Below, one piece after another: positions 48,857-59,085 of a stretch of DNA of 64,000 nt. The notes under the pieces were generated by a model that was not told the origin of the DNA, did not search any database, and saw nothing but the letters and a program-made list of their open reading frames with translations. Source of the stretch: Bdellovibrionota bacterium (lineage in GTDB: Bacteria > Bdellovibrionota_C > UBA2361 > JBGSMV01); contig JBGSMV010000031.1 of the NCBI GenBank assembly GCA_041739995.1, forward strand, positions 107,640 through 171,639, read 5' to 3'. The translations under genes were made by a program, and so were the position numbers. Numbering within the stretch: the stretch's first letter is position 1; each line of letters starts with the position of its first letter.

Positions 48857-50793
48857 TGTATCCCCTCTGCTTGTGGCAGCCCGCCAACATCAATTCCACT
48901 CGATCGAGAACCATTTGTCTCGTCGAAGCTCTCTGCGATAACTGCATCACTACTGCCAAAGGACTGTGCTGAAGCTGCGGCTGCATCCAATTCTGAGAGC
49001 ACTGGGGCAGCTTCCAACTCAGTAACCGCGCCCCGCTCAAACACCGCAACCTTAAACTGTCGACGTATCGCTCCATCAGGACGAATTTCTATGGTACCAG
49101 TCAGTCCCTCATAGGCACCCACTCGCCGTAGACCCTCATCAAACGGCGCGCTCTCAGCGCGGGCTCGACGCAGCCCTTCTAACACAAGCGCTCCCGCATC
49201 AAATCCCTGAGCGGCAAGAAAATCTGGGTCCACACCAAAACGTGAATGATAGCTGGCTTTAAACTTGGTGATGTCCGGTCGAGCGCTCGTATCGAGAAAC
49301 GGGCTCACAAAAATCGAGCCTTCAAGTATCGCTCGAGATTGCTGCAATTCCGCGGCATTGTCCCAACTGGCGGTACCAATCGGACGCACTGTTCGCCCAC
49401 CACCGACGTTAAGATAAGAGAAGAATCGAGCCGCGGTTTTGAGTGAATCAGGGAAGAAAACCGCGTCTAGATTCTTCTCTCGAGCCTCTTGGGCTATAGC
49501 GAACAGCGCTGAAAAATCATCTCGCTGATAGGAGGCTTCCATCACTACCTGCAAGCCAAGATCTTGGATGCGAGTGCGGAACAACGCAGCGAACTCCTCG
49601 CCCGCCGGATCAAGCGGGTAGACCACCGCATACCGAGAATATCCGAAACGGCGATGAACTCCGTCCACTAGAGAATCAACTTGACTCTCCGCTGTTGGTC
49701 CAAGGCGATACATCCCGTCACCAGCCTGGAAGTTACCGCTCTTTGCAAAAGACAACATGGGGCGCCTTTCGGACCGCATCAACTGACTGACCTGCACGGC
49801 CGCTTCGGTCAATAACGGGCCAAGTATCACCGTCGCGCTAGAAGAGTTTACTAACTCCCGTACCGCAGTTACGGCTTGCAAGGCGTCGCCTGCATCGTCC
49901 CTCACTTCCATTGATACATCGGTAAGAGAATAGCCTTCGAATGCAAGCTCAATTCCCTGCTTGGTGGCTCGACCAAGCGAAGCGAACGGACCAGACAGTG
50001 GGAGAACCACGCCGACGATTGAGTGCGAACCAAGCTCTGGACCACTACCCAAAGAGCCGGCAGAACCGAGATTGGATTCAGATAGCCAGAATGGAAATTT
50101 ATTGCTCGCCACAACATATCCGGCTTGCACACGACGACGACGTTCCTGACCAATAAGTGGACGAATAAACGCATCTGTGCGCCAACGCTCAGTCAATTGG
50201 TAAAGCGGTGTATCCTCAACAGTGCGCAGCAATGTGCGAACTCCGAGGGAAGCTGATTCGGAAAGCCCCGCGGATTTTCCCACTCGATACGAACGGGCGA
50301 ACCAAGCCAGGCTTTGATCAAGATCATTGAGGCGCCCATAGGCGTACCCAAACAGAAGACACAGCCTCGGATCTACTTCCGCCTCGGCCTTACGTTCAGT
50401 CCTAAAATATCCGCTCAAAGTTTGGAGCGCCTCGCGAGCCCGGTCCAATGCTAATTCCGCACTCGCAATTCGCACCACGGTCGCTTCGCGTTCAGCGGGT
50501 GAGAGTCGTCGAAGATCAATCGCTCGGTAGACCTTCAATCCTTGAGCTCGATCCCCTCGTCGAATAAACTCGTCGCCCTCAAGCAACATGCGATCGGTCA
50601 AAGGTGTACCCTTGAGATCTCGACCGAGGGCCCACACTTCCCATGGAAGTCGCTCACCTTGGTCAGCACTGGAGATGACTGGTCGTTCAGAAACCGGAGG
50701 AAGAGCCTCGCTGGAATAGCGCTCATGCGAACTCGAGCAGCTGATAAGGGCCAAAGTAAGAAAAATAAATAACGTTGTTCTAAATATGCCCAT
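48853..50793 (-). CDS. LpoA/LppC-like lipoprotein (TPR region plus periplasmic-binding-protein fold)
   Basis: Lipobox LISC; helical TPR-like region; VGVVLPLSG, ILGPL, AAQGFD, GLTGTI. Confidence 0.75.
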   Translation of the reverse strand: MGIFRTTLFIFLTLALISCSSSHERYSSEALPPVSERPVISSADQGERLPWEVWALGRDLKGTPLTDRMLLEGDEFIRRGDRAQGLKVYRAIDLRRLSPAEREATVVRIASAELALDRAREALQTLSGYFRTERKAEAEVDPRLCLLFGYAYGRLNDLDQSLAWFARSYRVGKSAGLSESASLGVRTLLRTVEDTPLYQLTERWRTDAFIRPLIGQERRRRVQAGYVVASNKFPFWLSESNLGSAGSLGSGPELGSHSIVGVVLPLSGPFASLGRATKQGIELAFEGYSLTDVSMEVRDDAGDALQAVTAVRELVNSSSATVILGPLLTEAAVQVSQLMRSERRPMLSFAKSGNFQAGDGMYRLGPTAESQVDSLVDGVHRRFGYSRYAVVYPLDPAGEEFAALFRTRIQDLGLQVVMEASYQRDDFSALFAIAQEAREKNLDAVFFPDSLKTAARFFSYLNVGGGRTVRPIGTASWDNAAELQQSRAILEGSIFVSPFLDTSARPDITKFKASYHSRFGVDPDFLAAQGFDAGALVLEGLRRARAESAPFDEGLRRVGAYEGLTGTIEIRPDGAIRRQFKVAVFERGAVTELEAAPVLSELDAAAASAQSFGSSDAVIAESFDETNGSRSSGIDVGGLPQAEGIQ

Positions 50794-51235
50794 GATTTCC
50801 GTGCTACTGGATGCAACGCCGCTTGAGAAGCTTGGCTCGTAGCCCCCTTTCGACATGTCGCCCATTATCTTTTTCTACGTTTAACTCGCTAGTTATGCGC
50901 TACTTCTCCCCGTAGCCCTTCCCACAGTTCGAATGAGGTCGTTTTCGCGCACTAAAAGTTAGATACACTTCAATGGCCTCAAGATAGCGCCATCTTTACA
51001 AAGCTTTCTAGCGGCCTTCTTTAGATGCTTCGCCTCGCATGGCAAATCGACCTCTCCCTGGGGCGGCATTAAACAAAACTCTCTATCAATTTGGGAGTGT
51101 GCGAGCGTCTTTTCGCCTCATAGCAACACCCTTTGAGTCCCCCACAGGAACCTAAAGCCTTCCGCGAAGGCAAAAATCCGCGTACTGTTTCCCGACTGTG
51201 CCGACAAAGCGAATTTATTGCGAGGTGTTATCAAA

Positions 51236-52033
51236 ATGAAGCGACCTTTTATCCACATCGTAGCGACGCTCCTATTGCTCGGCTTCTTGTCCTCTTGCGG
51301 CGGAGGAGGGGGTGGCTCCAGCGACAATGGAAACTCGGGAGACCTAAACACCAATACGTGCTCCACCCTCGGCCTTCAGCCACGAATTATTAACGGCACC
51401 GAATGCGACTCAACCGCCTCTCCCGTCGTTCGCATCGACCTACGACTCGCTGGCAATGCTTCAGCCATTTGCTCGGGTACGATGATAACTCCGACTCACG
51501 TCCTCTCTGCAGGACACTGCTTCCCGCCTGAGACTCGCTCCGCTTTTATTACTGCAAATAATAACCGCATCGACGGGATCCGGTTCTTTCGGCATCCAGG
51601 CTACACAGAGACCAATCAAGCTCTTTTTAAAGACGTCGCAGTATTAGAACTTGAAGCACCTGCAAATCTTCCTACAGTGCCAGTTTTGCTGAGTCAGCCG
51701 GTGACCGACGGCGATGATATCCAGATCTTTGGCTTCGGTACTACCGAGTCAGGAACCCTAGGTGAGCTTTTCAGCGGGGAGATGCGTGTGTCTGCAGTAA
51801 CCCAAGATCACCTGATTACTTCTTTCAACGGGAACGGGAGCAACACCTGCACCGGCGACTCGGGCGGTCCAGCGCTCCTCACAGTGAACGGCACGGTGGG
51901 CATTGTCGGACTTACTTCTTCAGGCTTTAGAGAAGATTGTAGTGCGGGCGATACCAGTCTCTTTGCGAATATGCAGAGCGATGATTACATTGGATTCGTT
52001 CGCTCGGTTGCACCAGGGGTGCAGACGAACTAA
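51236..52033 (+). CDS. S1 serine protease lipoprotein (paralog of 5401-6258)
   Basis: Lipobox LSSC; RIING; CSGTMI, SAGHC, DVAV, TCTGDSGGP. Confidence 0.9.
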   Translation: MKRPFIHIVATLLLLGFLSSCGGGGGGSSDNGNSGDLNTNTCSTLGLQPRIINGTECDSTASPVVRIDLRLAGNASAICSGTMITPTHVLSAGHCFPPETRSAFITANNNRIDGIRFFRHPGYTETNQALFKDVAVLELEAPANLPTVPVLLSQPVTDGDDIQIFGFGTTESGTLGELFSGEMRVSAVTQDHLITSFNGNGSNTCTGDSGGPALLTVNGTVGIVGLTSSGFREDCSAGDTSLFANMQSDDYIGFVRSVAPGVQTN

Positions 52034-52254
52034 TTCTGAGCATCAAGGCTACCTCTCTTCACAAATGCATGGATGCATAAATAGCGTTAAGTCCGCGGTC
52101 GTAGCTGCAAATTATTTGATAACGCGGGGGGACGCAGAGGACTCGGAGAAGAATAGGGAACATTCATTCCACCCTAATCAGCGGAGAATCTTTCCTCATG
52201 CTGTATTGCTGTTGTCCCGAGCAAAGGTGCGATGGTTCTCAAAAAAATAATAGC

Positions 52255-53376
52255 TCAACCAAACATCTCTTTGACTTTATCAAAGAATCCCTTCTCGTCG
52301 GTGCCTTCTTTGACCTCAAGATCTCTCAATTGTTCCATGAGCTGTTTTCGCTCAGAGGAAATCTTCTTAGGCACCTCAACGGTGACCGTGACCAATTGAT
52401 CGCCTCTGCGTCCATCGGCGAGCGACGGAACTCCTCGGCCTCGGATACGAAACACTTTTCCACTAGGGGTTCCTGAGGGAATCTTAAGCTTCATTGAACC
52501 GTCGAGCGTAGGAATTTCGACTTCAGCTCCCAACACTGCCGAGGAAAAAGACAGAGGGAATTGACAGTGGATCTCGGTCTCGTCTCTTTCAAAGAAGGCG
52601 TGACGCTCGACCATGATTTGCACGTAGAGGTCCCCGGCAGGACCGCCACCAGTGCCACCTTCGCCCTCGGCCCTGAGCTTTAAGCGTTGGCCATGATCAA
52701 TGCCTGCTGGAATTTTAACTTTGATACGACTCTTTACGGCGGTCAGCCCAGAGCCCGCGCATGAGTCACATGGCGATTTAATGACCTGCCCGCTTCCACT
52801 ACAAACGTGACAAGTGCGCCCTATGGTAAAGAATCCCTGCTGCACTCTGATTTGCCCGGCACCGCCGCACTGGGTGCACTCCTCGACGCCAGAACCTTTC
52901 TTTGCGCCAGAACCTTCACAGGTCTTACAAAGCAGTCGACGAGGAATCTCGATTTCCTTTTCGCAGCCAAAGACTGCTTCCTGAAAGGCTACTGAAAGAT
53001 CGTATTTTAGATCTCGGCCGGCTCGACCACGGGAGCGACGCCCACCGCCGCCACCCATCTGTCCGCCAAAGAAAGAGCTAAAAATATCACCGAAAATATC
53101 CTCGAAACCCGAGAAATCCCCGAAACCTTCAGCACCACCAGCGCCTTGCTGGAATGCTGCGTGACCAAATTGGTCATATTTTCTACGATGGTCTGGTTCG
53201 CTAAGAATTGAATAGGCTTCGGTCGCCTCTTTGAAGTTCGCTTCTGCTTCTGCGTTCCCCGGATTTCTGTCTGGGTGATACAGCAAAGCCTTCTTTCGGT
53301 AGGCTTTCTTAATCTCTTCAAGCGAGGCGGAACGGGACACCTCGAGAACTTCGTACAGGTCTCGCTTTGTGACCAC
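52255..53376 (-). CDS. dnaJ: Chaperone DnaJ
   Basis: J domain with HPD; G/F-rich region; four CxxCxGxG repeats. Confidence 0.98.
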   Translation of the reverse strand: MVTKRDLYEVLEVSRSASLEEIKKAYRKKALLYHPDRNPGNAEAEANFKEATEAYSILSEPDHRRKYDQFGHAAFQQGAGGAEGFGDFSGFEDIFGDIFSSFFGGQMGGGGGRRSRGRAGRDLKYDLSVAFQEAVFGCEKEIEIPRRLLCKTCEGSGAKKGSGVEECTQCGGAGQIRVQQGFFTIGRTCHVCSGSGQVIKSPCDSCAGSGLTAVKSRIKVKIPAGIDHGQRLKLRAEGEGGTGGGPAGDLYVQIMVERHAFFERDETEIHCQFPLSFSSAVLGAEVEIPTLDGSMKLKIPSGTPSGKVFRIRGRGVPSLADGRRGDQLVTVTVEVPKKISSERKQLMEQLRDLEVKEGTDEKGFFDKVKEMFG

Positions 53377-53483
53377 AACTTCCTACCCTACTCAAAACCC
53401 ACACATTCGGGAGAGACAACTCGCGTCCAATGCTCGCGAAGATCCCAACCCTGAGTCTACATCAGACGATCTATGCTATTACG

Positions 53484-55421
53484 CTATTTGTTATCGCGAA
53501 CTTCTTCGAAATCAGCATCGACGACATCCTCATCAGATTTCGCTTCCGCCCCATTCGAGTCTCCCTCGCCATGCGCATCACCCTGGGGACCAGCATTGGG
53601 ATTTTCGCTCTGCGCCGCGGCCTTCTTGTAGATCTCCTCAGAAACCTTGTGGCTCGCCTTGGTGAGTTTCTCTGAACATGCCTGAATAGTCGCAAGTTCG
53701 CCGCCTTCGAGCGCTTTCTTTGACTCTTCAATGGCAGAGTTTACCAGGCCAATATCCTCAGGTGAGAGCTTATCCTTGATCTCCCCCAAAGATCGTTCGG
53801 TGTTATAAACCAAAGAATCAAGGTGGTTTCTTGCTTCGACCAGCTGTCTCTTGCTCTTATCTTCCTCTGCATGCGCTTCAGCGTCCTTCACCATTCGCTT
53901 CACTTCCTCATCGGACAATCCCGACTTGGCCGTAATCTTAATGGTCTGCTCTTTGCCTGTGCCGAGATCTTTGGCACCAACAGAAAGAATGCCGTTCGCA
54001 TCGATATCAAAGGTTACCTCAACCTGAGGCACTCCGCGCGGCGCAGGCGGAATTCCAGTAAGCTCAAAGCGTCCCAGAGTATTATTATCTGCCGCCATCT
54101 CGCGCTCGCCTTGAAGCACGTGGATAGAAACACTTGGTTGGCTGTCCGATGCCGTCGAGAAAACTTGGTTCTTCCTTGTAGGGATTGTCGTGTTTTTCTC
54201 GATCAATTTGGTGAAAACGCCACCAAAAGTTTCGATGCCAAGACTTAGCGGCGTTACATCCAAGAGCAACACGTCTTTGACGTCACCTTGCAGCACCCCA
54301 CCTTGAACGGCAGCACCAATCGCCACCGCTTCATCGGGATTCACGCTCTTCGAAGGTTCCTTGCCAAAGATCTCTTTGACCTTCTGCTGAACGGACGGCA
54401 TGCGCGTCATTCCACCCACGAGAATGACTTCGCCGATCTTGTCTGCAGAAATACCCGCGTCTTTAAGCGCAGTACGGCAAGGCTCGACGAGTCTATCAAC
54501 GAGCGGTTTACAAAGTGCGTCAAGCTTCGCTCGACTCATCTTCATGTTGAGATGCTTCGGACCAGACTGATCGGCGGTAATGAAGGGCAGATTGATGTCA
54601 GTCTCAAGAGACGTGGAAAGCTCGTGTTTGGCTTTCTCCGCTGCTTCCTTGAGCCGCTGCAGAGCACTGGCATCCTTTCGCAAGTCGATGCCCTGATCCT
54701 TCTTAAACTCATCAGCAATGAACTCGACAATAACATGGTCGAAGTCTTCACTGCCGAGGAAAGTGTCACCATTGGTGGACTTTACCTCGAACACTCCATC
54801 GCCTAGTTCAAGAATAGAAACGTCGAAGGTTCCACCACCAAGGTCGAATACCGCGATGGTTTTCTCGTGCTTCTTGTCTAGACCATAGGCGAGCGCTGCT
54901 GCCGTTGGCTCATTGATAATTCGGAGCACGTTGAGGCCCGCGATCTTTCCTGCATCCTTAGTAGCTTGGCGCTGCGCATCATCAAAATACGCGGGAACCG
55001 TAATAACGGCTTCGGTAATTTTCTCTCCAAGATAATCCTCAACGGTCTGCTTCATCTTGGTGAGCACCATCGCTGAGATTTCTTGAGGACTCTTACTCTC
55101 GCCCTTGAGAGATACCCATGCATCGCCGTTAGGTGAGCCGACGATCTCATACGGTAAAACCTTGCGAGCCTTCTCTACTTCTGGAGAATCGAACTTTCTT
55201 CCAATCAAACGCTTGACTGCGAAGACGGTGTTTCTTGGGTTCGTCACTGCTTGACGTCGTGCAATCTGACCGACGAGCCTCTCGCCCGAGTCAGTGGCCG
55301 CAACTACCGACGGAGTGGTACGCGTGCCTTCAGAGTTAGATACAACTGCAGGTGCACCGCCTTCCATGATAGCGACGCAAGAGTTTGTTGTTCCGAGATC
55401 TATTCCAATTACCTTGCCCAT
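53484..55421 (-). CDS. dnaK: Chaperone DnaK
   Basis: [29 protein letters not shown]. Confidence 0.99.
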   Translation of the reverse strand: MGKVIGIDLGTTNSCVAIMEGGAPAVVSNSEGTRTTPSVVAATDSGERLVGQIARRQAVTNPRNTVFAVKRLIGRKFDSPEVEKARKVLPYEIVGSPNGDAWVSLKGESKSPQEISAMVLTKMKQTVEDYLGEKITEAVITVPAYFDDAQRQATKDAGKIAGLNVLRIINEPTAAALAYGLDKKHEKTIAVFDLGGGTFDVSILELGDGVFEVKSTNGDTFLGSEDFDHVIVEFIADEFKKDQGIDLRKDASALQRLKEAAEKAKHELSTSLETDINLPFITADQSGPKHLNMKMSRAKLDALCKPLVDRLVEPCRTALKDAGISADKIGEVILVGGMTRMPSVQQKVKEIFGKEPSKSVNPDEAVAIGAAVQGGVLQGDVKDVLLLDVTPLSLGIETFGGVFTKLIEKNTTIPTRKNQVFSTASDSQPSVSIHVLQGEREMAADNNTLGRFELTGIPPAPRGVPQVEVTFDIDANGILSVGAKDLGTGKEQTIKITAKSGLSDEEVKRMVKDAEAHAEEDKSKRQLVEARNHLDSLVYNTERSLGEIKDKLSPEDIGLVNSAIEESKKALEGGELATIQACSEKLTKASHKVSEEIYKKAAAQSENPNAGPQGDAHGEGDSNGAEAKSDEDVVDADFEEVRDNK

Positions 55422-55581
55422 TCGTGCATTCCTCTGATGTAAAACAGGTGTGTGTACCTAACTCTGATTATTAAAAACTTCGCCCCAACTCCCGACAGAC
55501 TCTAAAAACAAGCCTGCAAGAACCCGCATACGAGCCGCTCAGCAATCCTGAAACTAAGTCTCAAAAAGGGGACTTAGAAGG

Positions 55582-55612
55582 AAATAAGCATCGTCTGGGC
55601 CTGGTTCAAGGG
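55582..55612 (-). promoter_or_regulatory. Sigma-32-like heat-shock promoter candidate for dnaK
   Basis: Minus strand CCCTTGAA-N15-GCTTATTT. Confidence 0.45.
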
Positions 55613-55794
55613 TTAAGCCAAAAGAGCTTTGAGCACTTTGAAAATTTATTTCTCGCGATCTGAGCTCTGAAACTTCCAAATATGAGTAATTATCTAGAAA
55701 CATCAGGCACTTAACGAGCTCTATGCGCTTTCTTCCTGCCGTCTAATTATTTGCCCCTGCTGCTCTCAAAAAGCCCGCAAATATCAAGAGAGCC

Positions 55795-56451
55795 TTAAGA
55801 CTCCTCGTCATCGGAAGCGTCCTCGAACCCCTCTCCTTGGCTATCGGCCAACGCTGAAGCCACGACAACTTCCCCAGGGCGCAGGAGCTTGTCCTTGTAG
55901 AAATACGCCTTACGAAATTCATTCAAGATCGTGCCGGGCTTTTCCTCGTCGGTAGGGACCTGGCTAAGCGCAGAGTGTCGGCTTGGGTCGAATTGCTTAC
56001 CAAGCGCGGACTCTGACCTGACTTCCCATTTCCCAAGCGTATCAGTCAGCAGCTTATAAATGAGTTGCACGCCCTCTTTTAGAGTCGCCGGATCAGACTC
56101 TGCATGTTGCAAAGCAAGCTCCATGTTATCAACAACTTGCAATAGCTCTGAGAAGATTCGATCTCCCTGGTACTTCAACAAATCAGCTCGATCTTTAATC
56201 GCGCGCTTTTTGGTGTTCTCAAGATCAGCCAGAGCTCGCAAGTACCTGTCCTTGTGCTCCTCAGCCTCTCCCTCAGCTACTTCCACGCGTTTACGCATCG
56301 AATCTACTTCCAAGCGATCGTCCAGGCGCGAGAAGTCGGCATCGCGCTTTGCAATTTCCTCGGCATCCTGCTCGGCCCCAGTTTGAGGATCGTCATTACC
56401 TTGGTTCTCGGTATCCAAATCGTTAAGCTCCTGAAACCTATTCTTCAGCAT
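55795..56451 (-). CDS. grpE: Nucleotide exchange factor GrpE
   Basis: YLRALADLENTKKR, VVDNMELAL, FDPSRHSA, LLRPGEVVV; start could instead be TTG at 56418. Confidence 0.95.
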   Translation of the reverse strand: MLKNRFQELNDLDTENQGNDDPQTGAEQDAEEIAKRDADFSRLDDRLEVDSMRKRVEVAEGEAEEHKDRYLRALADLENTKKRAIKDRADLLKYQGDRIFSELLQVVDNMELALQHAESDPATLKEGVQLIYKLLTDTLGKWEVRSESALGKQFDPSRHSALSQVPTDEEKPGTILNEFRKAYFYKDKLLRPGEVVVASALADSQGEGFEDASDDEES

Positions 56452-56471
56452 TCTCCACGGGCACCCCTCTC

Positions 56472-56500
56472 CTATAGTGCCTAAGTCGCGGCTTTTCAAC
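56472..56500 (-). promoter_or_regulatory. Sigma-32-like promoter candidate for grpE
   Basis: Minus strand GTTGAA-N15-CACTATAG; same spacing as the dnaK candidate. Confidence 0.45.
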
Positions 56501-56519
56501 TGAGGGCTCAGCCTCTCTC

Positions 56520-57167
56520 TTGACCGACCTGTCAGTCCCGGAAACACTGCTATGTGTGACCATACGACCAACCACCCAAGCGCGCGCCATAGTCATTGGA
56601 ACCACCCCGCTGGGCGACTTTGACCTTATTGTTCGCATGCTAGTGAAAGACCTCGGAAAGATCTCAGCGGTTGCCAAGGGTGCGCGACGTGGCTCAAAAC
56701 GCCTTGGGGTCCAGTTGGACATCTTTGACTGCGGGCGACTTGAAGCTCAGGCAGGAAGGTCTGATCTTTGGACTCTAACCTCATTCATCCAAGAAGCTTC
56801 GTTCCGAACGATTCGCAACTCCCTCGAAAAAGTAGCCGCGGCAAGTATCTTGTGCGAGGCCTTTGAGCACCTCGTGCTTGACGACGGCGAGGATAATCCA
56901 GGGGCTTACGATAAAATCAGTGGCTTACTTAGCGCTTTGGATTCCACGCTGCTCCCTGCTGAAATACTCAGGATTCTCTTTGACGGCCTTGTTGATCTCT
57001 TATCGAGCTCTGGGTTCGCGGATCCCTCTGAGTTTACTCAGAGATCGGCCCACTCTCTTGAGAGACTCTTAAACCGACTTCAAGAAGTTACCGAGCGACC
57101 GCTGCGGAGTAGATCGAGCGTGCCGATGCTTGTACAGGCATTGAGAGCTTGTCCGGTAGCTGCGTGA
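56520..57167 (+). CDS. recO: DNA repair protein RecO (no Zn finger seen)
   Basis: AIVI...LGDFDLIV...GKISAVAKGARR..KR OB-fold N-terminus; C-terminal PLRS. Confidence 0.82.
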   Translation: MTDLSVPETLLCVTIRPTTQARAIVIGTTPLGDFDLIVRMLVKDLGKISAVAKGARRGSKRLGVQLDIFDCGRLEAQAGRSDLWTLTSFIQEASFRTIRNSLEKVAAASILCEAFEHLVLDDGEDNPGAYDKISGLLSALDSTLLPAEILRILFDGLVDLLSSSGFADPSEFTQRSAHSLERLLNRLQEVTERPLRSRSSVPMLVQALRACPVAA

Positions 57168-57223
57168 CGCGTGGTCTTCTACGATATATCTGCCGCGTCG
57201 AAGCCGTCGGCACGAGGTTATTA

Positions 57224-57730
57224 TTACGCAACACGTTCCATATACTCAACATTGCTGCCGTAAGTTGAAAGCTTCGCTTTCAGCGCAGAGGATTGAACCA
57301 CAGAACAAAAACCATAGCGCTGCCAATATGAGTGGGAGTCCTGCACCGCTATCAAACTTGCACGGCTAAAATTCAAATCCCTAGTCTGAGCAATGAATTT
57401 CTCGACAAGAAGTCTACCCGCTCCCGTCTTTCTTGCCTCAGGCACCACCGCGAGATCGTGTAGATAGAGAGTGTCCGGATTTGGGGGCAGGTCGCATGTT
57501 GTTGCATTCAATTCGGGCGGGCTTTCAAAACGGCCTGGCAATGAGATGAGATACCCGATCACTGCGCCTTGTCGACATGCTACGTAACAAGTCGATGAAG
57601 ATGCCTGCAACTTTGCATTCAATGAATCTGCTGATTCAGGCGCCACCTCGGTATAGCACAACGCCTGAATCTGCAAGATCCGGGGCAGATCTGAATGCTG
57701 CATCGCACGAATTGCAAGCGAGGTGTTCAT
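57224..57730 (-). CDS. GNAT-family N-acetyltransferase
   Basis: LYLHDLAVVPEARKTGAG, LIAVQ, YWQRYGF. Confidence 0.9.
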   Translation of the reverse strand: MNTSLAIRAMQHSDLPRILQIQALCYTEVAPESADSLNAKLQASSSTCYVACRQGAVIGYLISLPGRFESPPELNATTCDLPPNPDTLYLHDLAVVPEARKTGAGRLLVEKFIAQTRDLNFSRASLIAVQDSHSYWQRYGFCSVVQSSALKAKLSTYGSNVEYMERVA

Positions 57731-57771
57731 ACAGAAATGTGCAATGTCTTTTACATTCAGAGGATGGGGCC

Positions 57772-58176
57772 TTAGTGACAGCCGCAAGCACCCGAACCGC
57801 AGCCGCCACCTGAGCTACCGCCGCCTGAAGATCCTTCAGGCTTTGAAGAACCAGAACCGGCTTTGCTTGAACCCGATGCATCAGAACCAGTTGAGCCTCC
57901 GGACTCACTCGCTGACTCGGTCTTTGTCGACTCAGTTTTAGTAGTAGAATCAGCTTTCGCACTCTTTGAAGATCCCGTCTTTGAGGACGATGCGTAATCG
58001 GTCTTGTACCAACCCGATCCCTTGAGGTGGAACGCTGCTGAGGAAACGAGACGTTCAACTGTAGATTTCTTGCCCTTCTCCGCACAGCTTGGGCAGGTTT
58101 TCAGTGGCTTCTCCGATACTTTTTGAATTTGTTCAAAACGACCACAGCTGGGGCAGTCGTACTCGTAAATTGGCAT
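57772..58176 (-). CDS. FmdB-family zinc-ribbon protein
   Basis: [12 protein letters not shown]...CPSC...[15 protein letters not shown]-rich tail ending CGSGACGCH. Confidence 0.92.
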   Translation of the reverse strand: MPIYEYDCPSCGRFEQIQKVSEKPLKTCPSCAEKGKKSTVERLVSSAAFHLKGSGWYKTDYASSSKTGSSKSAKADSTTKTESTKTESASESGGSTGSDASGSSKAGSGSSKPEGSSGGGSSGGGCGSGACGCH

Positions 58177-58349
58177 ATACTAAACTCCAAACCGCTCTTA
58201 CTCGGTCAACCGCTACAAACAGGGCGACCTAACCGACCGCCTGATCAACTTATCAGCCGGCAATGCGGGACCGTCAATTTAACACTTCGAAAGCATCTAA
58301 GCACCGCCCCTCCCTGTTTCAACCTAAATTGCGCACTAGCCCCATTTAG

Positions 58350-58500
58350 GGACCCAGAAAGAGCACGTAACTGTTGGGGGAGGCGGATAAGTGCGCGGGG
58401 TCATGGTCTCACCCGCTGGGTGACCTTCAAAATGCGAGATTCTACCTACTTCGCGCGCACTTATCCCCTTAGCCTGCTTCCAACTGCTCTTTCTAGGTTC
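58350..58500 (+). ncRNA. Candidate structured RNA: ~150-nt rod-like hairpin
   Basis: Nested pairs agaaagagca/tgctctttct, gttgggggaggc/gcctgcttccaac, ggataagtgcgcg/cgcgcacttatcc; mismatches are mostly G-U on the + strand. Confidence 0.4.
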
Positions 58501-58621
58501 AAAAGGTAGTAGGGAAGGCCAGCCCCCAGGAAGGCCAGCTCCCAGAAAGGCCATAGAACAGCTTAAAGGCGGCCAGGGAGGTTTGGCAACTTCAGCGGAG
58601 TAAGGTCTCTGGTAAGTTGAA

Positions 58622-58963
58622 CTAAAACGGTGCAACTGCCGCCTGTGCACCAGCCATTCCTGCCATACGAAGCATACTGCCGTAATCCATCAGTGACTGA
58701 ACCACGAAGTAATAGATAAAAAGGAGAAGAAGAAAAAGCAGCAGAGGGGACCAATCCACGCGCCCACCAAGTGCCGGGGTGTAGCGCCGAATCACTCGCA
58801 GAAATGGCTCAGTGGAAGAGACGACCATGCGTACAATCATGTTTTGTGGGTCAGCGTTTACCCAAGATACAACCACGAGCACTATCGTTAATAGGATATA
58901 GAGCGAGGTCACCGCTCCAAGAATCTGCCCTAAGGCAATCATCAAATTTCCTAGCGCAACCAC
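58622..58963 (-). CDS. yggT: YggT family membrane protein
   Basis: VVSWV..DP, TEPFL..IRR..P..G..DWSPL; follows yggS. Confidence 0.9.
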   Translation of the reverse strand: MVALGNLMIALGQILGAVTSLYILLTIVLVVVSWVNADPQNMIVRMVVSSTEPFLRVIRRYTPALGGRVDWSPLLLFLLLLFIYYFVVQSLMDYGSMLRMAGMAGAQAAVAPF

Positions 58964-59085
58964 TTAGCCTTCCACGCACTTAAATAAAATAATGTCGCCT
59001 TCAGAAAAACTACTAAAGCACTCGACGCCGGACATCATAGCGAGCAACGAGCATAGCGACAACACCGTTCGAATCCCTCACCGCT

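Noticed and set aside
57759..57771. Minus-strand ggccccatcctct resembling the tRNA-Glu 5' end (possible att remnant)
   Set aside because: Only 12 of 13 nt, at the 5' rather than 3' tRNA end, and no integrase; likely chance.
58350..58500. Firm call as 6S RNA or SRP RNA
   Set aside because: No symmetric central bubble, no SRP loop motif and no zapA/ygfA context; kept only as a candidate ncRNA.
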